Shown here: piece after piece, positions 21,830 to 35,093 of the stretch | Layout: the number at the start of each line of letters is the position of its first letter | Numbering within the stretch: the stretch's first letter is position 1 | Assembly (NCBI RefSeq): GCF_009931435.1 | Contig: NZ_CP043414.1 | Strand: one strand, 5' to 3' | Origin: Escherichia coli | GTDB lineage: Bacteria > Pseudomonadota > Gammaproteobacteria > Enterobacterales > Enterobacteriaceae | Length of the DNA stretch: 64,000 nt | Position numbers and translations under genes: made by a program | Notes under the pieces: generated by a model | Database searches by the model: none | Told to the model about the DNA's origin: nothing | The model's input: the letters and a program-made list of their open reading frames with translations, nothing else

Positions 21830-22831
21830 ATGAGTAAAGTTGGTATTAACGGTTTTGGTCGTATCGGTCGACTGGTGTTGCGTCGATTACTTGAAGTCAA
21901 AAGCAACATAGACATTGTCGCTATTAATGATCTCACTTCCCCAAAAATTCTCGCCTACCTGCTGAAACATGATTCAAACTACGGACCGTTCCCCTGGAGC
22001 GTTGATTTTACGGAAGATTCACTTATCGTTGACGGGAAAAGTATCGCGGTTTACGCCGAAAAAGAGGCTAAAAATATTCCATGGAAAGCGAAAGGCGCAG
22101 AAATCATTGTCGAATGTACTGGCTTTTATACCTCCGCCGAGAAATCGCAGGCGCACCTTTATGCTGGTGCGAAGAAGGTGTTGATTTCCGCCCCTGCCGG
22201 TGAAATGAAAACCATCGTTTATAACGTCAATGACGACACACTGGATGGCAACGACACCATTGTTTCCGTGGCGTCATGCACCACTAACTGTCTTGCACCG
22301 ATGGCCAAAGCCTTGCACGACAGTTTCGGAATAGAAGTCGGCACGATGACGACCATTCATGCCTATACTGGCACCCAGTCACTGGTGGATGGCCCGCGAG
22401 GTAAAGATCTACGCGCTTCACGTGCAGCGGCAGAAAATATCATTCCCCACACTACAGGCGCGGCAAAAGCCATTGGTCTGGTGATCCCAGAACTGAGCGG
22501 CAAACTGAAAGGTCATGCGCAACGCGTACCCGTGAAAACAGGTTCGGTGACTGAACTGGTGTCTATTCTTGGAAAAAAAGTGACTGCCGAAGAGGTGAAC
22601 AACGCGCTTAAAAACGCGACAAACAATAACGAGTCATTTGGTTATACCGATGAAGAAATAGTCTCTTCTGATATCATTGGCAGCCATTTCGGGTCGGTGT
22701 TTGATGCCACGCAAACCGAAATTACCGCCGTGGGCGATTTACAGCTGGTGAAAACGGTCGCCTGGTATGATAACGAATATGGCTTCGTCACGCAGCTTAT
22801 TCGCACCCTCGAAAAATTCGCTAAACTCTGA
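21830..22831 (+). CDS. gapC: Glyceraldehyde-3-phosphate dehydrogenase GapC, intact 333-aa frame
   Basis: Full-length GAPDH with NAD-binding GFGRIGR and catalytic SCTTNCL motifs in one frame. Confidence 0.9.
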   Translation: MSKVGINGFGRIGRLVLRRLLEVKSNIDIVAINDLTSPKILAYLLKHDSNYGPFPWSVDFTEDSLIVDGKSIAVYAEKEAKNIPWKAKGAEIIVECTGFYTSAEKSQAHLYAGAKKVLISAPAGEMKTIVYNVNDDTLDGNDTIVSVASCTTNCLAPMAKALHDSFGIEVGTMTTIHAYTGTQSLVDGPRGKDLRASRAAAENIIPHTTGAAKAIGLVIPELSGKLKGHAQRVPVKTGSVTELVSILGKKVTAEEVNNALKNATNNNESFGYTDEEIVSSDIIGSHFGSVFDATQTEITAVGDLQLVKTVAWYDNEYGFVTQLIRTLEKFAKL

Positions 22832-22838
22832 CGAGCAA

Positions 22839-22866
22839 AGGCGGAGGGAAAAGCCTCCGCCTCTTT
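22839..22866. terminator. Hairpin/terminator between convergent gapC and aldA
   Basis: GGCGGAGGG-AAAA-GCCTCCGCC stem followed by TCTTTC. Confidence 0.6.
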
Positions 22867-22872
22867 CACTCA

Positions 22873-24312
22873 TTACGACTGTAAATAAACCACCTGGGTC
22901 TGCAGGTATTCATGCAAGCCATGTTTACCATCTGCGCCGCCAATACCGGATTTACGCCATCCGGCGTGGAATCCTTGCATAGCTTCGAAGTTTTCACGGT
23001 TGATGTAAGTTTCACCAAACTTCAGCCCTTTAATAGCTTTCATCGCGACGTTCAGGTTTTGGGTATAGAGTGATGAGGTCAGGCCGTAATCACTGTCATT
23101 AGCCATTGCGATAGCCTCTTCCAGCGTGTCAAATGCGACCACTGGCAGCACCGGGCCAAAGGTTTCCTCGTGCATAATCGACATTTCCTGACGAACATCC
23201 AGTAGCAATGTCGGCGGATAATAATATCCTTTCCCCTCTACTGCCTTGCCCCCCAACGCCACTCTCGCCCCCTCTTCGACTGCGCGCGCCACTTTTTGCT
23301 CGACCCTTTCCAGCGCCGCGGCGTTAATCAACGGCCCCATCGCAATATCGTTGCGTTCAGCAGGGTTACCAAATTGAACCGCCTGCATCGCTTCACCCAG
23401 CCGATTGACGAAATGATCATAAATGCCTTTCTGTACATAAACACGTTCTGCACAGTTACACACTTGCCCACTATTAATGACGCGTGAATCAACGATGGCT
23501 TTGACTGCCAGTTCAAGATCGGCATCGTCCATTACGATAGCTGGTGCTTTACCACCCAATTCCAGACACACTTTTGTGATATTTTTTGCTGCAGTCGCCA
23601 TGATCTTTTCACCTGCAGAGACGCTGCCTGTCATACTGACCATTGCGACCTTTGGGTTACCCGCCAGTTCTTGCCCAACGGTTTCACCACGCCCCAGCAC
23701 AAGGTTAAACACACCGCGTGGAAGGCCTATTTCATCGACAATTTTGGCAAAAGCAATCGCATTGTTTGGCGTAAATTCACTGGGTTTAATGACGATGGTA
23801 TTACCGGTCAAAAGAGCGGGAGCCATTTTGCGGGCAATGAGGAAGAACGGGAAGTTCCACGGCAGAATGCCGGTAGTCACGCCAAGCGCACGTTTAAACA
23901 GAAGAATATTTTCTCCTGGACGATCGCTTTGAATAATCTCGCCTTCATAACGCCGTGCCCACTCCGCCATGTAATCGATATAGTCCGCAGTAAAAGCCAC
24001 TTCGACTTCAGCCAGCTGCTGGATCTTGCCCCCTTCTTCAACAATCAGCGCACTGATTTCACCTGCGCGTTCGCGGATCCCGGCGGAGATTTTGCGCAAC
24101 CAACTGGCGCGTTCAATGGCAGGCAACGCTTCCCATTCTGGTTGTGCACGTTCTGCTGCATCGATTGCCTTACGGGCATCCTCGGCCTGACCATCGGGAA
24201 TGCGGGAAATGACCGCCTCTGTAGCAGGGTTTACCACATCAATCCATGCGTCTCCACGCCAGGTAACAAACTGTCCATCTATATACATAGGATGTTGAAC
24301 GGGTACTGACAT
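22873..24312 (-). CDS. aldA: Lactaldehyde dehydrogenase AldA
   Basis: 479-aa aldehyde dehydrogenase with catalytic Cys motif (GQVCNCAERVYV). Confidence 0.95.
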   Translation of the reverse strand: MSVPVQHPMYIDGQFVTWRGDAWIDVVNPATEAVISRIPDGQAEDARKAIDAAERAQPEWEALPAIERASWLRKISAGIRERAGEISALIVEEGGKIQQLAEVEVAFTADYIDYMAEWARRYEGEIIQSDRPGENILLFKRALGVTTGILPWNFPFFLIARKMAPALLTGNTIVIKPSEFTPNNAIAFAKIVDEIGLPRGVFNLVLGRGETVGQELAGNPKVAMVSMTGSVSAGEKIMATAAKNITKVCLELGGKAPAIVMDDADLELAVKAIVDSRVINSGQVCNCAERVYVQKGIYDHFVNRLGEAMQAVQFGNPAERNDIAMGPLINAAALERVEQKVARAVEEGARVALGGKAVEGKGYYYPPTLLLDVRQEMSIMHEETFGPVLPVVAFDTLEEAIAMANDSDYGLTSSLYTQNLNVAMKAIKGLKFGETYINRENFEAMQGFHAGWRKSGIGGADGKHGLHEYLQTQVVYLQS

Positions 24313-24508
24313 GGGCGACTCCTGTGATTTATATGTTTGCTTTTGGTAAATGCATTGTTAATTAACATCAATCATCATAGAGACGGCATCGTGAAAGGAC
24401 AATTCTGTGAAGGGCTTCATAAAAACAAGTGTAAAAGGAATAAAAGGCAGAAATAAACGTCAGGAGTCATGCCCGTTTGCAAACAAATGGTTAACAAACG
24501 GGCAATTT

Positions 24509-25309
24509 TTAACGTAACGAGCGACTTTCCATCGCCTCGATGAGCACCGCATCGTGTTTCAGCGTTTGCCATGCCTGGATGACTTCTGCCGGAAAATCAA
24601 CGTGAACGATAAAATCTCGCCCGCGGGGACCGTAGCCATCGCTATCATCGCGTAAACGTGGCAGCTCGCCAGTGAGTAGTGAGAGATAACGCTCAACCGG
24701 CCATAATCCTTGCAACGGATTAACAAAGATTACACTGTCTGCGTTGTTTCCTAGCTGAGGAATGAATCCGGGATAACTTAACCAGCGAGGTGCATCTGGA
24801 TTGTCCCCGGTCATACGGCGGAACGTCGCCATCGTGCGCCGCTGCATGGTGGGGTCCTGAACAACGATAGCCGTATGAACTCTTTCTACGGCCTGATTCA
24901 ATAGCGCGATGCTAAAGCGTGCGTTTTCACCGCAGTTTGTTGACTGGTCTTCAATCCAGATTTTTTCATGCGGAATGTGCCAGAACTGATGAGCGATATC
25001 CGCCAGGATGGTAGCTTCTGCTCTGCCAGTGGTGCGGATAGTGTTGTAGTGCGGATGCTGTGCGATGGCGCTATACAAAAAAGTTGTCGAGTGACCGATA
25101 CCACCACTAATCAGTAGAGGAATTTGCTGATCGCGGGCAATCTTACATGCCGCATCGATAGTCGGCATAACCGCATTGCCTGCAAGGATCACGCAATCGG
25201 CCTGATACGGCACCTCACCGGAGAAATCATCCTGCGCCAGCCACTGACCGATAACATTTATGGCATCTATGGTTGCCGGCGAAAGCGTCGGAAACGGGGT
25301 AATGTTCAT
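24509..25309 (-). CDS. ydcF: DUF218 protein YdcF
   Basis: 266-aa ORF matching YdcF as recalled. Confidence 0.9.
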   Translation of the reverse strand: MNITPFPTLSPATIDAINVIGQWLAQDDFSGEVPYQADCVILAGNAVMPTIDAACKIARDQQIPLLISGGIGHSTTFLYSAIAQHPHYNTIRTTGRAEATILADIAHQFWHIPHEKIWIEDQSTNCGENARFSIALLNQAVERVHTAIVVQDPTMQRRTMATFRRMTGDNPDAPRWLSYPGFIPQLGNNADSVIFVNPLQGLWPVERYLSLLTGELPRLRDDSDGYGPRGRDFIVHVDFPAEVIQAWQTLKHDAVLIEAMESRSLR

Positions 25310-25580
25310 GGTTCCTCCTTATCGTTCCCTTAAGAATACTGCGTGAGATAATAATGAGAAGCGGAGCACTCTGAAAGGAGGAAGTCGTATTTCCTTAACC
25401 GCCACTCCGCAAGCCTGACATATCTTTTAAGGAAATGCTGTAGATAAACATTATTCATCTTGCAGCAGAGAATTGTATTTTTCTGAATTCCTGAATTTTT
25501 GCCCTTACCGTTTTAGAATTAATAAAAAACCCGGCGCTAAATGCTTACCGGGTTTTAGATTTATCAGGCAAATAGCAGTG

Positions 25581-28500
25581 TTAACCGCTAATCTGCTCCA
25601 TCGCCTGCAAAATACGCTTATCTGAAATCGGATAAGGCGTACCAAGTTGTTGAGCGAAGTAACTAACGCGCAACTCTTCTATCATCCAACGGATCTCTTT
25701 CACGTCTTCATCCTCACGACGTGCAGGCGGCAGTTTGTTGATCCACTGCAGCCACGCCTGCTGGACGTTTTCAACTTTCAGCATCTGAGCACGGTCACGG
25801 TGCGGATCAACCGCCAGTTTTTCCAGACGTTTTTCAATCGCCTGTAAATAACGCAGCGTGTCGCCCAGCCGTTTAAAACCGTTGCCAGTGACAAAACCGC
25901 GATACACCAGCCCGCCCATCTGCGCTTTAATGTCAGAAAGCCCCAGCGCCATAGTCATATCCACCCGCCCTTTCAGGCGTTTGTTGATATTGAACACCGC
26001 TGTGAGGATTTGCTCGACCTGCTTCGCAATATCCACCACCGTGTCGTTCAGTTCAGCGCGCACTTTTTCATGAAGCGCAGCAAAGCCTTCTTCCGTCCAG
26101 ACCGGGCCACCATTGGCGTCGATCAGTTGATCCACACCGCAGGAGATACAGTCGTCTATCAGCTCCAGCACTTTGCCATACGGGTTAAAGTACAGCCCAA
26201 GTTTGGCTTTGTTTGGCAACTTCTCATGCAAATATTTGATTGGCGACGGAATATTCAGCAGCAGTAAACGGCGAAGACCGTTCCACATTGCCTGCTTTTG
26301 CTCCAGCGGGTTATCAAACAGTTTGATCGCCACGCTGTCGCGCTCATCCACCAACGCTGGCCACGCCTTCACTTTGTAGTTGCCACGCTTCTGTTCGTAG
26401 CTTTCCGGCAGTTGCCCAAAACTCCAGATATGTAACCCGCTTTGCTCAATACCATCATCGGCAACGGCGGAAAGCGTTTCCTGCACTTTGCCTTTCAGGG
26501 CGTCTTTCAGATCCTGTAATGAGCGCCCTTCTTTTAGCTTCTTATTTTTGTCATCCACCACACGGAAGGTGATTTTCAGGTGATCGGGCACCTGATCCCA
26601 GTGCCAGTCTTCGCGGTCAACGGTAACGCCGGTCATCCGCCGTAGCTCGCGCTCAAGGCTGTCGAGCAACGGCAGTTCCAGCGGCGTGACGCGACCTAAA
26701 AACGCTTCGGCGTAGTTTGGCGCGGGCACAAAATTACGCCGTACCGGTTTCGGCAACGATTTGATTAGAGCAATCACCAGTTCACGGCGCAGGCCGGGGA
26801 TCTGCCACTCAAACCCGCTTTCCTCAACCTGGTTAAGTAACGGCAGCGGAATATGCACGGTCACACCGTCAGCATCCGCCCCCGGCTCAAACTGATAGCT
26901 TAAACGCAGCTTGAGATTGCCCTGATGCCAGAAGTTCGGGTAATCCAGCTTGCTGATTTTTTCCGCCCCTTCTTTGATCAACATGCTCTTTTCAAAGTTG
27001 AGCAAATCAGGTGTTTCGCGGCTGACTTTTTTCCACCAACTATCAAAGTGTCGTGCAGAGATCACATCATGGCTGATGCGCTGGTCGTAGAACTCAAACA
27101 ACGTTTCGTCATCCACCAGAATATCGCGGCGACGTGATTTGTGTTCCAGTTCTTCCACTTCTGCCCGTAGTTTCAGGTTTTCACGGAAGAATGCGTGACG
27201 CGTCTGCCAGTCACCTTCCACCAGCGCGTGGCGAATAAAAAGTTCACGACACAACGCCGGATCAATCTGGCTGTAGTTGACCTTACGCGCAGCAACAATC
27301 GGCAACCCGTAAACGGTGACTTTTTCAGTTGCCATCACCGCGCCCTGCGCCCGTTCCCAGTGCGGTTCGCTGTAGGAGCGTTTAATCAAATGCTGAGCAA
27401 CTGGCTCCACCCATTCTGGATCGATGCGTGCCGCAATGCGCCCCCACAGGCGGCTGGTTTCTACCAGTTCCGCCACCATTGCCCATTTCGGCGGCTTCTT
27501 GAATAAACCAGAACCGGGGAAGATGGAGAAACGCGCGTTACGTGCGCCGGTATATTCCTGTTTATCGGCATCTTTCATGCCGATATGCGAAAGCAAACCT
27601 GTCAGTAAGGCGATGTGAATTTCGCGATACTCCGCCGGTTCGCTGTTAACCGGAATGCCAAGTTCTTTCACCACCTGGCGCAACTGGGTGTAGATATCCT
27701 GCCATTCGCGCACGCGCAGATAGTTAAGGTAATCGGTACGGCACAGGCGACGGAAGGCGTTTGAAGAGAGCGCCTTTTGCTGCTCGCCGAGATAATTCCA
27801 CAGATTTACAAACGCCAGGAAGTCGGATTCTTTATCGTGAAAGCGACGATGTTTTTCGTCCGATGCCTGCTGCTTGTCCATTGGCCGCTCACGCGGGTCC
27901 TGAATAGAGAGCGCGGAAGTGATAATCATCGCCTCACGCACGCAGCCATGTTTCTGCGCTTCCAGCACCATTCGCGCCAGACGAGGATCGACTGGCAGTT
28001 GCGAGAGCTGGCGACCGAGCGGCGTCAGTTTATAGGCGCTGGCCTGTTCATCAGTGGTGATCGCGCCCAGCTCTTCGAGCAGACGCACGCCATCCTGGAT
28101 ATTGCGTTTATCCGGCGCTTCTACAAACGGGAACGCAGCGATATCGCCCAGCCCCAGCGCGGTCATCTGCAAAATAACCGAGGCCAGGTTGGTACGCAGA
28201 ATCTCCGGATCGGTAAACTCCGGGCGCGAGAGGAAATCGTCTTCGGAATAAAGACGAATGCAGATCCCTTCTGACACACGACCACAGCGGCCTTTACGCT
28301 GATTAGCTGAAGCCTGCGAAATGGGCTCAATCGGCAGACGCTGCACTTTGGTGCGATAGCTGTAGCGGCTGATACGCGCCGTACCTGGGTCGATAACGTA
28401 TTTAATCCCCGGCACAGTCAGCGAGGTTTCCGCGACGTTAGTCGCCAGCACAATGCGCCGTCCGCTGTGCGACTGGAAGACGCGGTTCTGCTCGCTGTTC

Positions 28501-29483
28501 GAAAGCCGTGCATAAAGCGGAAGAATTTCCGTATGGCGTAAGTTCAGCTTGTTCAGCGCATCGGCGGTATCGCGAATTTCTCGCTCGCCGCTCATAAAAA
28601 TCAGAATGTCGCCAGGGCTTTCCTGACTCAGTTCGTCTACGGCGTCAAAAATCGCCTGCAACTGGTCGCGCTCGGTGTCATCAGCTTCTTCAACAATCGG
28701 GCGATAGCGCACCTCCACCGGATAGGTACGACCGGAGACTTCGATAATCGGCGCATTATTAAAGTGGCGCGAAAAGCGTTCCGGGTCGATAGTCGCGGAA
28801 GTGATAATGATTTTTAGGTCAGGACGCCGCGGCAGTAACTCTTTCAAATAACCGAGGAGAAAATCGATATTCAGGCTACGTTCGTGCGCTTCGTCAATAA
28901 TGATAGTGTCGTACTGCATCAGCAGGCGGTCTTGCTGGATCTCTGCCAGCAGGATACCGTCGGTCATCAGCTTGACCATCGTGTTATCACTGACGTGATC
29001 GCTGAAACGCACTTTATACCCGATGCAACCGCCCGGCTCCGTTTGCAGCTCTTCCGCAATACGGTTCGCCACCGTTCGTGCCGCCAGACGACGCGGCTGG
29101 GTATGGCCGATCAGCCCTTTAATCCCGCGGCCCAGTTCCATACAGATTTTCGGTAACTGAGTCGTTTTACCGGAACCCGTTTCCCCGGCGACGATCACCA
29201 CCTGGTGATCACGGATTGCTTCGAGAATGTCCTGCTTTTTCTGACTAACCGGCAAATTGTCCGGATAAGTGATTTCCGGTCGTGCTGCTTCACGCAGCAG
29301 GACTTTCCCTGCCGCCTGGTCAATCTCTTTCGCCATCTCCTGGAAAATGGCCTGTTGTGCATCAGGATTTTTAACCTTCTTCACACCATGCAGACGGCGG
29401 GAAAAACGCAGTCTGTCACGCAGCATCAGCGAATCCAACCGTTGCTGCAAGGCCGTAAAGGTCAATTTTTGTTGTTCTGTCAT
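25581..29483 (-). CDS. hrpA: ATP-dependent RNA helicase HrpA (DEAH-box)
   Basis: 1300-aa ORF with GETGSGKTTQ Walker A and DEAH motifs. Confidence 0.95.
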   Translation of the reverse strand: MTEQQKLTFTALQQRLDSLMLRDRLRFSRRLHGVKKVKNPDAQQAIFQEMAKEIDQAAGKVLLREAARPEITYPDNLPVSQKKQDILEAIRDHQVVIVAGETGSGKTTQLPKICMELGRGIKGLIGHTQPRRLAARTVANRIAEELQTEPGGCIGYKVRFSDHVSDNTMVKLMTDGILLAEIQQDRLLMQYDTIIIDEAHERSLNIDFLLGYLKELLPRRPDLKIIITSATIDPERFSRHFNNAPIIEVSGRTYPVEVRYRPIVEEADDTERDQLQAIFDAVDELSQESPGDILIFMSGEREIRDTADALNKLNLRHTEILPLYARLSNSEQNRVFQSHSGRRIVLATNVAETSLTVPGIKYVIDPGTARISRYSYRTKVQRLPIEPISQASANQRKGRCGRVSEGICIRLYSEDDFLSRPEFTDPEILRTNLASVILQMTALGLGDIAAFPFVEAPDKRNIQDGVRLLEELGAITTDEQASAYKLTPLGRQLSQLPVDPRLARMVLEAQKHGCVREAMIITSALSIQDPRERPMDKQQASDEKHRRFHDKESDFLAFVNLWNYLGEQQKALSSNAFRRLCRTDYLNYLRVREWQDIYTQLRQVVKELGIPVNSEPAEYREIHIALLTGLLSHIGMKDADKQEYTGARNARFSIFPGSGLFKKPPKWAMVAELVETSRLWGRIAARIDPEWVEPVAQHLIKRSYSEPHWERAQGAVMATEKVTVYGLPIVAARKVNYSQIDPALCRELFIRHALVEGDWQTRHAFFRENLKLRAEVEELEHKSRRRDILVDDETLFEFYDQRISHDVISARHFDSWWKKVSRETPDLLNFEKSMLIKEGAEKISKLDYPNFWHQGNLKLRLSYQFEPGADADGVTVHIPLPLLNQVEESGFEWQIPGLRRELVIALIKSLPKPVRRNFVPAPNYAEAFLGRVTPLELPLLDSLERELRRMTGVTVDREDWHWDQVPDHLKITFRVVDDKNKKLKEGRSLQDLKDALKGKVQETLSAVADDGIEQSGLHIWSFGQLPESYEQKRGNYKVKAWPALVDERDSVAIKLFDNPLEQKQAMWNGLRRLLLLNIPSPIKYLHEKLPNKAKLGLYFNPYGKVLELIDDCISCGVDQLIDANGGPVWTEEGFAALHEKVRAELNDTVVDIAKQVEQILTAVFNINKRLKGRVDMTMALGLSDIKAQMGGLVYRGFVTGNGFKRLGDTLRYLQAIEKRLEKLAVDPHRDRAQMLKVENVQQAWLQWINKLPPARREDEDVKEIRWMIEELRVSYFAQQLGTPYPISDKRILQAMEQISG

Positions 29484-29674
29484 AACGTTAGTGGGCAGTT
29501 GGCTGCCTGATTAATTTTCTTTTAAATGATAGATATAGAGTACCACATCGCGGCTTTCTATGCGTTGTTCAATAAATTCGAACATAGGCTTCGATTTATT
29601 GCGCTATCTCTGTGGCAGGATTGTGAATAAAGTGTCAACAAGCAACGGGGCATCGCCCATTCAAACATCTATAA

Positions 29675-30289
<615 letters not shown>

Positions 30290-30342
30290 CCGGACACTAT
30301 TTTGATGTGGACTGTAGATATTCAGTCCACATCTCAATCCAC

Positions 30343-33406
<3,064 letters not shown>

Positions 33407-33421
33407 TTTCTCTATTTTCCT

Positions 33422-34318
33422 TCAGTAACAGCAGTAGCGAATAAAATAAAAAAATACCGGAGCGGTGAAAATTAATGAGTCAATCCTGTCAAGGAGTCCG
33501 CCATGTCCTGGTAATAGTTTTCCACTATCTTTAACACCAATATCTCGTTTGATGGCTGACATCACTACATCGCCGCAAAAACCACTAATACCAATTAACA
33601 AACCCGCTAATAATGCCTGTAATGTATCTAGCGGTGTCAGCAACGGTCCAATAATCAGTGACGCAATCATGGTGGTGATTACGCCGCCCATCAGACCTTC
33701 CAATGTTTTTCCCGGGCTGACTTTAGGGACCACTTTTCTTCTGCCGCAGGATTTCCCCCATAAATACTGTGCAATATCGTTTGACTCGGTTAATGCCAAA
33801 AGAAATAACACCAGTAACGCCCCGACCTGGATATTTATGGTTGGCAACATTAATAACCAGGCGGCATGACTCAAGGCGAAAACGGTCATTATCCAGCCCC
33901 AAAAAATGGCGCTCACGGTATGCAGAAAACCGGAGAGGTCACCCACAAAAACTTGCCAGGTGGCTAATATCAGAAACCCAGCCAAAGGTATGAATAACAG
34001 AAACAGCTCAAAGCAATTAAAACCGATAAGCAAATAGTTAAGAGGAATAACCCAATATAACCAACGCGGAAAATGAACGGATATAAGCGTACAATATTCT
34101 TTCAATGCCATAAAACTTATCAGCGCAAAAAACGTCAATGTCATCCAGTGTGGACCTGAAATGACCAGTGAAAAACAAATGACGATGCCCCACCAGGTAC
34201 GAATACGTAATGTAACTTCATCCCCTTTTCTCTTTGGTAACCGCCATACCAGAAAACGGTTTATCAGCGTTGCTAAAATTAACAACACGAAAAGTATTGC
34301 CAGAGATTTTTCCAGCAT
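33422..34318 (-). CDS. ynbB: CdsA-like phosphatidate cytidylyltransferase paralogue YnbB
   Basis: 298-aa polytopic membrane ORF with CTP-transferase family C-terminal signature. Confidence 0.9.
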   Translation of the reverse strand: MLEKSLAILFVLLILATLINRFLVWRLPKRKGDEVTLRIRTWWGIVICFSLVISGPHWMTLTFFALISFMALKEYCTLISVHFPRWLYWVIPLNYLLIGFNCFELFLLFIPLAGFLILATWQVFVGDLSGFLHTVSAIFWGWIMTVFALSHAAWLLMLPTINIQVGALLVLFLLALTESNDIAQYLWGKSCGRRKVVPKVSPGKTLEGLMGGVITTMIASLIIGPLLTPLDTLQALLAGLLIGISGFCGDVVMSAIKRDIGVKDSGKLLPGHGGLLDRIDSLIFTAPVFFYFIRYCCY

Positions 34319-34923
34319 TACTTTTCAGCACTCATAAAAAGCACGCTCCGACTACGATTAATCGCAGTCCAGATAAGCAGAATTGAAGCAATGCTCCATA
34401 AAAGATTATTCCATTGCATCCACTGTGGATAAATGGCAACGGCCAGCCCCCACAACCCAAATATTAACGCACGATCGCTTTTGCCAAATGGACCGGCATA
34501 ACTGCGAATACCGTTAATCGTCTGCGCGAGTAAACCGCAAAACTCAGTCAATATGGTGCAAAATAACATGAGTATTACGAGTGATGCGTTACTTTCCGGT
34601 AAAAATAAAAACGGTAAATAAAGCGCAATATCGGAAATAACATCGCCAGTTTCATTCAAAATCGCCCCAAGACGTGTTTGCTGATTACACTCACGCGCCA
34701 TCATGCCATCCAGCGCATTGAGTGCCATACGGACAAAAAGCACGATGGGCAATAGCAAAAAGAGGATGGGGCGTGCCACCAACATCAACAGCAATCCGGT
34801 AAGAAGAGAAAGCGCCAGTGCAGCAAGAGTGATGTGATTCGCTGTAACATGGTGCTTATTAAGCCAAAACATCGTCGGCCTTAACAGCGACTGAAAGAGC
34901 GGTTTTATCTGGTAGAGCGTCAT
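34318..34923 (-). CDS. ynbA: CDP-alcohol phosphatidyltransferase-family protein YnbA
   Basis: Motif D-G-x2-A-R...G-x3-D-x3-D region (LDGMMARE...GAILNETGD); ATG at 34923 (201 aa); 1-nt overlap with ynbB. Confidence 0.9.
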   Translation of the reverse strand: MTLYQIKPLFQSLLRPTMFWLNKHHVTANHITLAALALSLLTGLLLMLVARPILFLLLPIVLFVRMALNALDGMMARECNQQTRLGAILNETGDVISDIALYLPFLFLPESNASLVILMLFCTILTEFCGLLAQTINGIRSYAGPFGKSDRALIFGLWGLAVAIYPQWMQWNNLLWSIASILLIWTAINRSRSVLFMSAEK

Positions 34924-35093
34924 TATCAATCCTTGATAATTCGGTTTGCGCTATGGTGCATCAATTCCCCTGACGGAGATATCGCAACACGCCGCTTCAT
35001 TAAAAATTCAGAATATATCAAGGTATTGGGGACTCACCGTCAGGAATGATTATCCCCAATAGATCAAGTGGTTAAAAATTATTACGCTGTTAT

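Noticed and set aside
25647-29514. Many listed plus-strand ORFs of 60-165 aa within hrpA
   Set aside because: All are antisense to the continuous 1300-codon hrpA frame with clear helicase motifs.
30307-30333. 11-bp-stem hairpin between azoR and ynbD, considered as an intrinsic terminator
   Set aside because: No T-run follows the stem on either strand, so not called as a terminator.
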